Assembly: GCA_963676795.2 (NCBI GenBank) | Contig: CAXXTB010000001.1 | Coordinates: 512,001-576,000, forward strand | DNA: 64,000 nt | Source: Geopsychrobacteraceae bacterium | Lineage (GTDB): Bacteria; Desulfobacterota; Desulfuromonadia; Desulfuromonadales; Geopsychrobacteraceae | Direction: 5' to 3' | Shown: positions 1 to 10,875 of the stretch, in pieces | Numbering within the stretch: the first letter of the stretch is position 1 | Layout of the letters: each line of letters opens with the position of its first letter | Notes under the pieces: model-generated | The model's input: the letters and a program-made list of their open reading frames with translations, nothing else | Databases searched by the model: none | Told to the model about the DNA's origin: nothing | Made by a program: the position numbers and the translations under genes

Positions 1-2
1 AG

Positions 3-257
3 CAGGCCCCGGTTCTCGATGTCGTTTACAGCGCGACCGAGACGCCATTCATCGAAGCCGCCAAACATCACGGTCACATGGCCACAGGCGGTCTCGGCAT
101 GCTCGCGGCCCAGGGCGAAAAGGCCTTTGAACTCTGGACCGGTGTTCAACCCAAGGAATGGCTGATGCGTACCTGCCTGACAGCAGCTCAAAAAAAGCCG
201 AAGACGATACCGATTGACGGCCATTCGTCAGCAGCAGTTGCCGGCGGGAAGAAATAA
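3..257 (+). CDS. aroE: Shikimate dehydrogenase, C-terminal part (cut by window start)
   Basis: Manual translation of frame +3: ...VLDVVYSATETPFIEAAK...GLGMLAAQGEKAFELWTG..., the AroE C-terminal motif; TAA at 255-257. Confidence 0.85.
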   Translation, partial: QAPVLDVVYSATETPFIEAAKHHGHMATGGLGMLAAQGEKAFELWTGVQPKEWLMRTCLTAAQKKPKTIPIDGHSSAAVAGGKK

Positions 258-274
258 GACAAGCATGATTCACA

Positions 275-305
275 CAAAAGCCCGGCCGTTATGGTCGGGC
301 TTTTG
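275..305. terminator. Bidirectional intrinsic terminator-like hairpin between convergent genes
   Basis: caaaagcccggcc-loop-ggtcgggcttttg. Confidence 0.6.
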
Positions 306-369
306 CGTTCTGGAAACTAAAAGTCGGTTCGGGAGCGGTCTGTTTCGACTGAACCCATGATCAGGCTTC

Positions 370-1923
370 CTATGGAATCTCTCCATTCTGGACCAAATCG
401 GTCTGAGCCTGCGGCAACAGGATATGCCACTTCGGTCGTCTCCAGGTGCTCCGGAAGCTTTCGACCCCTTTATCATCAGCCTGCCTGCGGCGCTCATCAC
501 CATCGAGAAAACTGATCAGCTCGAACTGTTGCTGCACAGTGTCGAAGCTGGTGTCGAACTGTTCTGCAAAGGCGTTGGCCGGAGTGACCAGATGCCCCAT
601 CAATTTTGTCAGGGGTAACTGCAGCCCTTGTTTTGTCCGGTCGGACAGATAGGCTTTGACCACCAGTTCGGTGCAGACCAGGGCGTCATCGCTTAAAAAA
701 TCGAAAGCGTAATCGTAAGGACGCCCCTGATATTTCATCGCTCTGACGACGGCTGCTGCACGATCTGCAGGGGCGAGCAGCGGACGAAGAACGGCAAGAG
801 AATCGCAGGCGGCCGAATGCTCGAAAGAGGTCAGCGATACGCCTGGCGACAAGGCCTCAATGACTGCAGGCATGTTGCCATCCTGATAAGGCAACAGAAG
901 CCGTTCATAAACCTGCGGATAGCTTTTTTCGATGAGCTGATCAATTGAAGCCGCTCCTTGCTGCCCGAGCCAGACGGCGACCTCAGGGCGTGCAGAGAAG
1001 CTGGCTCGCTGTTCTGCCGTGCCGATATATATGGCGGCATGGGTCCAGAAGCCGGGGATGCCGACATTGGTCATGTACCACTCACGCCGTTCCAGCAGGA
1101 TGTCTCCCGGTTCCAGCTGCTCCTGCAGGGCGTTGATCTGTTCAGCGCTGATCAGCGCCTCCCCTTTACGCCAGACCTTGGTCTGACCCATCCATTCGGC
1201 GACCCCTTTTTGCAGCGGAAACCAGCTGTTCTGTCCAGCACGTTCGAGAATGGCCAGACCGTTTTTCAATGTCATCAGCGGGCCGGGACCTTTGCCTGCG
1301 GCGAGAATCAACGCGCTGTCCTCATTCGCCCATACGGCCAGTTGAGCATCATCAGCCGGACCATAATAGGCAGCGACCGATTCCAGCCCGGCATAACGTC
1401 CGGCCTTGAGAACATTGAGATACTGGTACTTGAAATCGTTGTATAATGACGGTTGCAAGCCGCTATGAGGGTCTCCTTCGTTGATGATGGTCGCAATGGC
1501 CTGATCTTTCTCAAATTGCGGGATAAGTTCCAGTGCAACCCGGTACTGGGTCAGAAAGATGCTACGCTGCAGATGGAAAATCTGCTTTTTGTCGGCAGCC
1601 GTTTCATCAGCCAACAGGGCAAGTTGGTCGAAGGTCAGATAGTAATCAACGATCTGATACCAGAGCGAGCAGAGTTCCTGCCTGATCTCCGGCTTCAGGT
1701 AATGGGCACTGCTGTCATCGCCACTGACAAAAACAGGATCGGCAAGGATCTGATCTCGCAGTTCAAACAGCATTGCACGCAGGGTTTTATATTCCTGCGT
1801 GAGTTCAGTGACATCAACTGTTGGCCTCTTATCTGCCTCTGTTGCTGCTACGCCTTGGCCGACCGTCAAGGTCAGGCAGAGGCCTATCAATGCGCCAGTT
1901 ATGCGAAATATGCGGTTTAACAT
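370..1923 (-). CDS. Exported permuted NlpC/P60 papain-like enzyme (YiiX/YebB-like) with long helical N-terminal region
   Basis: Signal peptide; LEPGDILL, WTHAAIY (His) precedes GRPYDYAF and LVCTELV (Cys), the permuted catalytic order. Confidence 0.75.
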   Translation of the reverse strand: MLNRIFRITGALIGLCLTLTVGQGVAATEADKRPTVDVTELTQEYKTLRAMLFELRDQILADPVFVSGDDSSAHYLKPEIRQELCSLWYQIVDYYLTFDQLALLADETAADKKQIFHLQRSIFLTQYRVALELIPQFEKDQAIATIINEGDPHSGLQPSLYNDFKYQYLNVLKAGRYAGLESVAAYYGPADDAQLAVWANEDSALILAAGKGPGPLMTLKNGLAILERAGQNSWFPLQKGVAEWMGQTKVWRKGEALISAEQINALQEQLEPGDILLERREWYMTNVGIPGFWTHAAIYIGTAEQRASFSARPEVAVWLGQQGAASIDQLIEKSYPQVYERLLLPYQDGNMPAVIEALSPGVSLTSFEHSAACDSLAVLRPLLAPADRAAAVVRAMKYQGRPYDYAFDFLSDDALVCTELVVKAYLSDRTKQGLQLPLTKLMGHLVTPANAFAEQFDTSFDTVQQQFELISFLDGDERRRQADDKGVESFRSTWRRPKWHILLPQAQTDLVQNGEIP

Positions 1924-1983
1924 TTACCCCTCCAGAAAAATGGTTATAGCAAAGTGGACCTAGCAATGCGGTAGAAGAGCAGG

Positions 1984-2262
1984 TCAGCCATAACACATAG
2001 CAAGTGCCGAAAGTCCACCGCCGATTGCAGGTAGCGCAAAAATAAAGAGAACCACTAAGTAGCGGTTAAATACGGATTTATAAGCTATGAACTGATGGAT
2101 CAGGCCAAAGGTCATGGCCAGAACGCTGGAAGCCACACCGATCAGGCAGATAACGACGAGTTCGCCAAGCATCCCCATATCCAGAGGACCGCTGATCAGC
2201 TTGAAAAACAAAGCTGAAATTAAATAGGCGAAGATGCAGAACGTCCATGCCAAGAAATTCAC
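1984..2262 (-). CDS. Small hypothetical membrane protein (about 3 TM)
   Basis: 92-aa hydrophobic ORF tightly packed in the vgrG cluster. Confidence 0.55.
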   Translation of the reverse strand: MNFLAWTFCIFAYLISALFFKLISGPLDMGMLGELVVICLIGVASSVLAMTFGLIHQFIAYKSVFNRYLVVLFIFALPAIGGGLSALAMCYG

Positions 2263-2271
2263 GTCTGAGTC

Positions 2272-3411
2272 CTAAAATCTGATATTCGAGCCGTCGGTGA
2301 TCAGGTTGAGTTTAGGACCTCGCTTGATACGGCTTGGACGGAAATCGTTGATCTGTGCGTTGCTCAGGTCGATCTTGCCGTTGAGGGTGACGTTGTCCCA
2401 GACGACGATGTCGGCTTTAAAATTTTCACCGTCAATTTCTTCAATTGTGCAATTTTGTACAAGTAACTCTTCGGCAAAACCATCCCAGAGAGGAAAATCG
2501 TGAATTTTGCAATCGATTAATGAGATAAAGGGTAATTTCGCCTCACTCAGAGAAAACATGTAAAATTCAACGCCCCTTGCATGCACTTTTGAAATGACAG
2601 AATCCGAAAACGCAGTCTTCAACTTCCCTCCTTCAATACTGACAAACCTTGCGGTCACCTCTGCAAGCGATAACCCACGCCACATGTCGACATTATCAAT
2701 CCTGATACTTTCAACTGTAGACCCATTAAAACGAACCGGTCCTTCTCCTTGTTTGACACGCCGCAGGGTGACGGTGGAGAAGTTGCTTTTGCCGAAGTTT
2801 ACTTCGTCGAGTAATCCGTCTTCTATGAGGAGCGTGTTGTTACCACTCAAGCCCATCATATTAACCCCAGAAAGTTTTGTATTGCGGAAGGTGAAAGGAA
2901 TTTTTCCATCGGTAAAAGATGATCGGTCTTTGAGCACCGTGTTCTCTACCACAAGTTCATTGCCGCGTAAATCGTCAAACTCGGCATTTTCTCCTTTACA
3001 ATTTTGAATCTTTACATTCATGACAGTGCTGCCAAGAAGATTTGTATTTATGAATTCACAATCCAAAAAAACAGCATCGATGTATTTTGAATTCCATGAT
3101 TTGTAATTAATAAATTTACATTTTCGAAACTCTACATCTCTATATTCTGATTTGCTTGAAAAAACATTTTCAAATGTTACCTCTTCAAAAGTTGCCCCAT
3201 TGAAAATAACACCATCAATGTCAATGTTTTCTATTTTTATGTTTTCCAATTTAACATTTGGATGTGTCGAAGTGTATTCATTAATCTTCTTTACATCTTT
3301 GGATAGTTCAGCCCAGTTCTTTTGAAAATCACTTGGAAAAATATTCATAGCGCTTGCCGCTCCTAAAGTTAATAAAAATACAACTATTGTGAGGGAATAG
3401 TATTTAATCAT
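2272..3411 (-). CDS. Exported pentapeptide-repeat protein (candidate immunity protein)
   Basis: Signal peptide; repeats such as GVIFN/GATFE/EVTFE, DVEFR/KCKFI, DAVFL/DCEFI; AT-rich; directly after the putative effector. Confidence 0.75.
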   Translation of the reverse strand: MIKYYSLTIVVFLLTLGAASAMNIFPSDFQKNWAELSKDVKKINEYTSTHPNVKLENIKIENIDIDGVIFNGATFEEVTFENVFSSKSEYRDVEFRKCKFINYKSWNSKYIDAVFLDCEFINTNLLGSTVMNVKIQNCKGENAEFDDLRGNELVVENTVLKDRSSFTDGKIPFTFRNTKLSGVNMMGLSGNNTLLIEDGLLDEVNFGKSNFSTVTLRRVKQGEGPVRFNGSTVESIRIDNVDMWRGLSLAEVTARFVSIEGGKLKTAFSDSVISKVHARGVEFYMFSLSEAKLPFISLIDCKIHDFPLWDGFAEELLVQNCTIEEIDGENFKADIVVWDNVTLNGKIDLSNAQINDFRPSRIKRGPKLNLITDGSNIRF

Positions 3412-3423
3412 CTTGTCACCAGA

Positions 3424-6255
3424 TTAGCTTTCAGGGTTTAGATTGTATGCATACTCAGGGTAGTTTTTGGCGCGACCCTTATGGTCTGGGATCTCTCCAT
3501 ACTGCTTATGCCTCTTAATCTCCCACCTTCCCATATCTCCCTTTACCTTATCCAGCACCGCTTGCCGTTTGGCAATCAGGCTGAGCATCTCTGGGCTGTT
3601 TCTCTGGTTTTCCGGAATACCGGCGGCAGGGTCTAGCAAAACGTCCGTTGCACCGGAATAAATTCCCACCTGAATGTTCCAGGGCGAGGTGAAATCGTAG
3701 TGCTGAAACGCTCGTTCGCTTAGTGAGGTCAGCGCTTCTCCGTTGAACTTTATAGTGAGAAAGATAACACCTATCTTAAAGTCCTCCTTAAATCTCCGGG
3801 CAAGATGTTTGCCAAGATCAAAGTTAAGGGCGTCATTCTTGTTTAGCGTTGATACTGCTAGGCAAGGCTTGGGAGTTTCTCCCCCAACAAAATATACGGC
3901 CACTTCTTTTATCAGCGTCTGCTTAACAGTGTCACTTAGATCCGGATGAATTTTGTCCCAACAGGGTTTCATCTCAAAAGTTCCATCAGATCCAACAGCC
4001 CGGAAATACTCCCAGAATCCACCACCCATTATGTCGATATAGTCACAGGCGACACAGAAGCGGGGCTTTGCGGATTCCTTCGTACTGGTGATGACCTGAA
4101 TGGTCTCATGACCATCAAGCATGATCCGGCTGCCCGACGGGGTTTCCATTCCCTGGCAGCTCATTTCTCCGGCATGGTTCTGTTTGGGAATCGGACCGGC
4201 ACTGGCAGAAACCAGCAGCTTGGTTCGACCTGTCCAGTTGCCACTCTTTAAGGAGGTCTCTTTGTTTGGGTATCCAGCGGTTATTTTAAGAGTCTTGCGC
4301 CCTAGTATATTCGATTCGTAGTTGTCGCAGCGGTACAAGCCGACACGGTGGGAATGGCCGGACAGGGTGTAGTCGAAGTGATTTTCACCGATCCATTCAC
4401 CGTACAGTGTGGCCCGGCCATCGCGAACAGAGCCATGATCGTAGGATGAATAGGTTTCGAAAAAATCATTGCCGTTGATCTCGCCCCGCTCGGCAAGAGG
4501 ACATTCCAGGGCATAATTGGCCTGAGTAAAGTGACTCATCAGGATACGGCTTTCTGCTTTGTTATCCAGAGTGTTCGCCGAGATAAAGGCCTCCTTCATG
4601 CTGATCTGATCACGATTAACGCTTTCGGTTGCCCGCGGCAGCGTGCCACCATTACTGATTGGCAGGGCGGTGACATTCACCAGCTTTTCGCCGTCACCCC
4701 AGCCCAGACCAACAAGGCACTGATCGGCAAAACGGATGGTATAATCGGTCAGCGGCGTGAAGACATGGTAAAACCAGTCGAAGTTTTTGGCATTGAAGTT
4801 GGCCTGGCCGACATAGGTATTGGTCAGCTCCGATGCCGCACTGCTCACAACGCCGGGAACCAGGATCTTGTAGGCGGGACCATACATGAGGATCGCTTCG
4901 TAAAAGGTCAGGTTGTGGTCGAGGGGGATTCCGTCATTGGGCCGGAAGGAACCCAGGCGTGGTGAAATGCCATAGGGGTATTCGTAGGCCTCATGATTGC
5001 CGGTGACAATAAAGATCGGCTTGCCGTAGGTCTTATAGAAATGACAGATGATACTGTAAACCGCCAGCCCGTCGATACCGCAGGGGATGTTGGCATTGTT
5101 GCCTTTTACCGCCTTGATGCTATCGACATAAAGGGCTTCCCACAGCTGTCCGGTGGTGGTTTTGTCTGCTAGGCTGCCGGGATCAAAATTATGCATGTGA
5201 TCGTAGAGGTCACCGGTAATGACAATGGCATCGACTTCTTTGTCGCCTTTGCCAAATTGCTGGAGAAGGTTGAACAGGTTGTCGACATTGTTGTTGGCCA
5301 GCGTGCCAATGAGTGGTGACACATTACTGTCCGTGCTGGGGATGACGGTGGCTTTTTTCCCTTTGTACAGATGCTGTTTGGCTGAAACATGGATATCGCT
5401 CAGATGTCCCAGATTCAGTTTTCTCTTTCCCGCTGGCATCACATATACCGGATGCCGGGTTTGGATCGGCGTATCCGGATCAAATGCGGTAAAATCGACC
5501 CCATTCTCAGTAACCTTAAAGGCATTGAGCGGTGCCGATTCTTCACAGTATTTGTAATAGCGGGATTGGATGTATTCGCGGGTCAAACGATCCTGAATAT
5601 CGAGGTATTTTTCCTGGGAATCGCCGGCCTTTGGCCCCAGATTTGTCAGCAGCCAGAAGCAATCGTACATTTTTCCGGCGCTCAGAGCGGGCTGATCCAG
5701 GTCGATCTGGAAAATATGCCTGATGCCGTCGTTGAAGAAAAACCTGTGCCAGAAACCGTGACGCTCGCCGTCTTCATTGTAACCGATGAAATCAATTTTC
5801 AGACTTTGTCGCAAATTGGCAAAATGCTGACCATCGGCGTTTTCCAACCGATCATCCAGCTCACCCAGATAGGTAACACTGATCTGTTCCTTGGCGACGA
5901 TCTTCTTCAACGAGACTTCATCAGCCTGTTCCAGATTCTTTTTTAGCGTATTGGCCTGATCCCAGGGCAATATCTTCAGGTGTTGCATGATCAGGTCGGC
6001 GATATTGCTGCCCCCTTTGGCCAGTTTGTGGTCATCCTGACCATTGCCGTTCATGAATTCCTCTTTAAAGGTCTGATCGGTGACAATGAACAGGCTGACA
6101 GGTTTGCCTGGCTCGACCACCAGCGGTGCTCCCAGGGACGGATGCAGAATCACCGCAGGTATCATCTTCAGTTGGCAGCCAACGGTTGTCTGTCCGGCTG
6201 AAAACTTCTGTTTGGTTTTTTGAATAGACATGGTCTCAGTTTGATTCGGTTCCAT
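3424..6255 (-). CDS. Large calcineurin-like metallophosphoesterase (candidate VgrG-delivered effector)
   Basis: Motifs in order: HLSDIH, TGDLYD, GNHE, MSHF, SGHSH; begins 14 bp after the vgrG stop. Confidence 0.75.
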   Translation of the reverse strand: MEPNQTETMSIQKTKQKFSAGQTTVGCQLKMIPAVILHPSLGAPLVVEPGKPVSLFIVTDQTFKEEFMNGNGQDDHKLAKGGSNIADLIMQHLKILPWDQANTLKKNLEQADEVSLKKIVAKEQISVTYLGELDDRLENADGQHFANLRQSLKIDFIGYNEDGERHGFWHRFFFNDGIRHIFQIDLDQPALSAGKMYDCFWLLTNLGPKAGDSQEKYLDIQDRLTREYIQSRYYKYCEESAPLNAFKVTENGVDFTAFDPDTPIQTRHPVYVMPAGKRKLNLGHLSDIHVSAKQHLYKGKKATVIPSTDSNVSPLIGTLANNNVDNLFNLLQQFGKGDKEVDAIVITGDLYDHMHNFDPGSLADKTTTGQLWEALYVDSIKAVKGNNANIPCGIDGLAVYSIICHFYKTYGKPIFIVTGNHEAYEYPYGISPRLGSFRPNDGIPLDHNLTFYEAILMYGPAYKILVPGVVSSAASELTNTYVGQANFNAKNFDWFYHVFTPLTDYTIRFADQCLVGLGWGDGEKLVNVTALPISNGGTLPRATESVNRDQISMKEAFISANTLDNKAESRILMSHFTQANYALECPLAERGEINGNDFFETYSSYDHGSVRDGRATLYGEWIGENHFDYTLSGHSHRVGLYRCDNYESNILGRKTLKITAGYPNKETSLKSGNWTGRTKLLVSASAGPIPKQNHAGEMSCQGMETPSGSRIMLDGHETIQVITSTKESAKPRFCVACDYIDIMGGGFWEYFRAVGSDGTFEMKPCWDKIHPDLSDTVKQTLIKEVAVYFVGGETPKPCLAVSTLNKNDALNFDLGKHLARRFKEDFKIGVIFLTIKFNGEALTSLSERAFQHYDFTSPWNIQVGIYSGATDVLLDPAAGIPENQRNSPEMLSLIAKRQAVLDKVKGDMGRWEIKRHKQYGEIPDHKGRAKNYPEYAYNLNPES

Positions 6256-6269
6256 TGTACAGCTCTATT

Positions 6270-8624
6270 CTAGTCAAGATGGATTGGCATGTTTTCGATG
6301 CCGAACTCATAATATTCGCGGATTCTGACTTCTTTGATCACCACTGTGTGACTGTCGATCACGCCACTGCGCTCATCGCCGCAATCGCTCGTAAATGCCC
6401 AGCGCAGACCTTTAAGTTCATCAAAGTGACCGGGCAGCTGGTTCATGTAGTTGTCGGTGATATTGATGGTCAGGTCGAACGGTTCATCACTCTCACGTTC
6501 TACGGTCTGATCGATCAGTTCTCCGATGCCGATAACCGTAGCTGCGCCAATCGCCGCTGGCAGACTGACGCTCGGCGGGCTGGTGATGTCGATATTGACC
6601 TTGCCGTTGAGACTGACCGCGCCCTGGACGTCGATGTTGGTGCCGAACAGGGTGATAATACCGGTCGGGTCCATCTTGATCCCGGAGCCGTTCTGGCCGA
6701 TGACAATATCTCCGCCGCCTTTGCCTTCGATGGTGATGGCGCCGCTAGCCTGCATGGTCAGGCTGCCGCTGTCGACATTGATCGCGGCTCTTGAGCCGCC
6801 AACCGTGATGGTGGTGTTTTCGCTGATGTCGAGGGTCATGTTCTGGCCCGTTTCGAACTCGGTGTTTTGTCCCGATTCCAGCTGAATGTTGTTGGCGCCA
6901 CGCAGGAGGGCATCGGTCGCTGCCTGGTGGTGGATTTCGCTCTGGTTGGTGACGGTTTCGTGCTTCTCTTCAACCACCAGGGTGCGGTTGTTGCCGACCG
7001 TCTCGGTCAGGCTGTCGTCACACTGGGTGTGGATGGTCTGTTTTACGTAGATTTCGGCCAGTCCCTGATCGCTGGCCAGGCGGATCAGGTGTTCTGCCCT
7101 GGCGGCGTTGAGGTGAAGTATGTTGTGGCCGGCAAAGGTTTTCAAGGAAATGACCGGTCCCTCCTGTCTGTCGTCAAACAGCAATTCCTGACCATGGGCA
7201 GTGCGGATGATGTTCTGATGCGGGTTGGCGCTGGTGACCGGGGAGCGGTTTTCCGGGTTGGGCAGGGTACCGACGATCATCGGCCGGTCGGGGTCGGAAT
7301 TGAGGCAGCTGACCAGGACCTCAGCACCATCGAGCAGCGGCATGTGCCAGCCGGGTTGGTGACCGTTGCCTGGGCCTCCCAAAGGCTGCATACGTCGGGT
7401 GTTAATCGAGTTTTCGCCGAACGACTTCGCTTCGCTGTCGTTATGCTGGCGGTAGCGTGTGCGCCCGCCTGCATCCAGGGTTGCCGTGTCATCGCGGCTT
7501 TCGATGCGCGCCTGAAAGGTGAAGGGGAGCTCGGGCAGCGCGGTCTTTTTCACCCGGTAGGCGGTCTCGCGCGGCACCAGGGTCACCCTGTTGGTGTAGG
7601 GGCAGTCATCGCTTCCCCCTAAGCCCAGTCCGGCGTACTGACGCAGCTCGTGGTCGATGGCGATGATCAGGAAATCTCCGGCCAGGTCGGCCCGCTCCGC
7701 TTCGATGCGCAGGATCCGGCCAACTGTCAGATCGGCGGCATGGGTCGAGATATGGACAAGAAACTGGGTGGCGCAGCCGATCTGGGCGATGAGCTGCGCC
7801 CGTTTCCCCGCTTCGTTGCTGGCGCTGAGCCCTTCGCCAAAGCTGTCTTGCGTGGTGCTATAGGCCGATTTGCCGCTGCCGGGCAGATTGCGCGACGCGA
7901 TCAGCGCACTGTCCGTATGCTCACTGACATCATGCACCAGGTACTGGTCGGTGACCAGGCTGGCCTCCTGCTCCAGGGTGAGGATGTCATTGGCGGAAAC
8001 GAGCTTGTCCAGTCCGCCTGAGGGGCGAAATTGCATCACCTCGCGCGGCAGCGGCAGACAGCGGCTTGAGCTGTCGGTAAAACAGAGCTGCTCCGCCTCC
8101 CCTTGGGTCTCCGACCAGAAAAGGAGGCCGTTGTGGCTGCAGATGCGGGCGAGAAAGGCGAAATCGGATTCACGGGCCTGCAGGGTATGCGGTCGGTTTG
8201 AATACTGGCTGGTCCAGTCGCAGCTCGGACTGTTTGCTCCCAGGTCATGGCGCGAGCAGATGTCGGCAATGATCTGCGGCAGATCCTGGTTCAGCAGCAG
8301 GCGGGTGTCGGTGCGTAAGCTAAGGCGGTAGAGGTGAGAACTGATATCAACTCGCCACAGGTGGCTGTCTTCCCCGAGCGGCTGATCGTGATAGACGCCA
8401 CTGACGATCCCATGCACATGGCGCTGTCCACCGTCGGGAGCTGTCATGCTGATATGGGCGGAGCTGTTTAGATATTGATTGAGTAGTTCGTGGGCATGAA
8501 CCACGATCCACAGCTGATACTGAAATGGTCGGTTGAACTCTTCACGTCCGTTCAGACGCACAACCGCGTATTCGCATCCGCCGAGCAAAACGGCAAGACG
8601 CGACTGGTGTGCAGCAATAGCCAC
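6270..8624 (-). CDS. vgrG: Type VI secretion tip protein VgrG-like with C-terminal extension
   Basis: GREEFNRPFQY, QARESDFAFLARI, GWHMPLLDGAEVLVSCLNSDPDRPMIVG, ELLFDDRQEG, and a beta-repeat spike region. Confidence 0.85.
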   Translation of the reverse strand: MAIAAHQSRLAVLLGGCEYAVVRLNGREEFNRPFQYQLWIVVHAHELLNQYLNSSAHISMTAPDGGQRHVHGIVSGVYHDQPLGEDSHLWRVDISSHLYRLSLRTDTRLLLNQDLPQIIADICSRHDLGANSPSCDWTSQYSNRPHTLQARESDFAFLARICSHNGLLFWSETQGEAEQLCFTDSSSRCLPLPREVMQFRPSGGLDKLVSANDILTLEQEASLVTDQYLVHDVSEHTDSALIASRNLPGSGKSAYSTTQDSFGEGLSASNEAGKRAQLIAQIGCATQFLVHISTHAADLTVGRILRIEAERADLAGDFLIIAIDHELRQYAGLGLGGSDDCPYTNRVTLVPRETAYRVKKTALPELPFTFQARIESRDDTATLDAGGRTRYRQHNDSEAKSFGENSINTRRMQPLGGPGNGHQPGWHMPLLDGAEVLVSCLNSDPDRPMIVGTLPNPENRSPVTSANPHQNIIRTAHGQELLFDDRQEGPVISLKTFAGHNILHLNAARAEHLIRLASDQGLAEIYVKQTIHTQCDDSLTETVGNNRTLVVEEKHETVTNQSEIHHQAATDALLRGANNIQLESGQNTEFETGQNMTLDISENTTITVGGSRAAINVDSGSLTMQASGAITIEGKGGGDIVIGQNGSGIKMDPTGIITLFGTNIDVQGAVSLNGKVNIDITSPPSVSLPAAIGAATVIGIGELIDQTVERESDEPFDLTINITDNYMNQLPGHFDELKGLRWAFTSDCGDERSGVIDSHTVVIKEVRIREYYEFGIENMPIHLD

Positions 8625-8781
8625 AAGCCCCCTCCATAGTAATCGTTTTCATTTAAGTTGTTCCAAGTTCATCAATGTGCGAATTGACTGTAAAAACAGG
8701 CTTGAATATACCTCTCATTAAAATATAAGTCAAACGTTGAAGTTGCAGAAACTGCTGATCTTTTAAACGGCATTTGCGTTG

Positions 8782-9492
8782 TCAGGGGTGTAGCCTGGCA
8801 AAGATCAGCCAGGCCAGGAAGGTGATAACTGAACCGAGCACAGCTCCGGAAATGACTTCTTTGATGCTGTGAATCCGCATCAGCAAGCGACTCTCGCTGA
8901 CCAGGACCGCCAGCAGCACCACCAGAAGGCCGATCATCAGGCTGTCATTGTAGAGCAGGGTCGAGGTGGCAATAGAAAAGGCGACAGCTGCGTGGCCGCT
9001 GGGCATGCCGCCATAGAGCGGGGTGCCGTGATTGAATCGGGATTTGATGAGGATAACGAGGATAATCACCATCAGCAGGGCCCCGACCGGAATGCTGCCG
9101 CGCGGTTCCTGGGCGAGGGTCGGCTGGCTTTCAAAAAGGGGGAAGATGTGTCCCGACAGAACCAGATAGCCGAGAACCACAGCGCCGATACTGGTCAGCA
9201 GTACGGCGCCGGCGGCGACATCCTTGGCCCGTTTGGCCAGGACATGGTAGTCATCGGTGACCAGATCGACGACCGCCTCGATGGCTGTATTGATCATTTC
9301 GGCCAGAATGACCAGCAGGGCGGCAAGGACCAGCAGAAAGAACTCCAGCGCTGTGACTTTGAAAAACAGGGCGAGGAAAATAAGAGCCAGGGTGGCAATA
9401 AAATGGTAGCGGATATGGCGTTCCTGTTTCGCCGCCCAGAGGATTCCTTCGATTGCGCAGTTGAGGCTTTCCAGCCAGCTGGTCGGTTTCAT
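8782..9492 (-). CDS. dgkA: Diacylglycerol/undecaprenol kinase (DgkA) fused to a PAP2 phosphatase domain
   Basis: EMINTAIEAVVD...AKDVAAGAVL (DAGK) plus GMPSGHAA and SRLLMRIHS (PAP2). Confidence 0.85.
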   Translation of the reverse strand: MKPTSWLESLNCAIEGILWAAKQERHIRYHFIATLALIFLALFFKVTALEFFLLVLAALLVILAEMINTAIEAVVDLVTDDYHVLAKRAKDVAAGAVLLTSIGAVVLGYLVLSGHIFPLFESQPTLAQEPRGSIPVGALLMVIILVILIKSRFNHGTPLYGGMPSGHAAVAFSIATSTLLYNDSLMIGLLVVLLAVLVSESRLLMRIHSIKEVISGAVLGSVITFLAWLIFARLHP

Positions 9493-9677
9493 AATTCCCC
9501 CTGTGGTCTTTCTCATGATATCAGCTTAAAAAGCGTTCAACAAACGGGATTCGGACATTTACTCAGGAATCAAAAAGGTCTAAGCTCAAGTTTTGTCCGG
9601 GAGGCGCTGTTTCGTAGCGTCCTTGTAATAATAAAAACCGATGGATCCGCAGTTTTTGACTTTTTTCAGAGGAAACA

Positions 9678-10874
<1,197 letters not shown>

Positions 10875-10875
10875 G

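Noticed and set aside
370..1923. Permuted NlpC/P60 protein as a second VgrG effector
   Set aside because: It has a Sec-type signal peptide and backbone-like composition, so there is not enough support.
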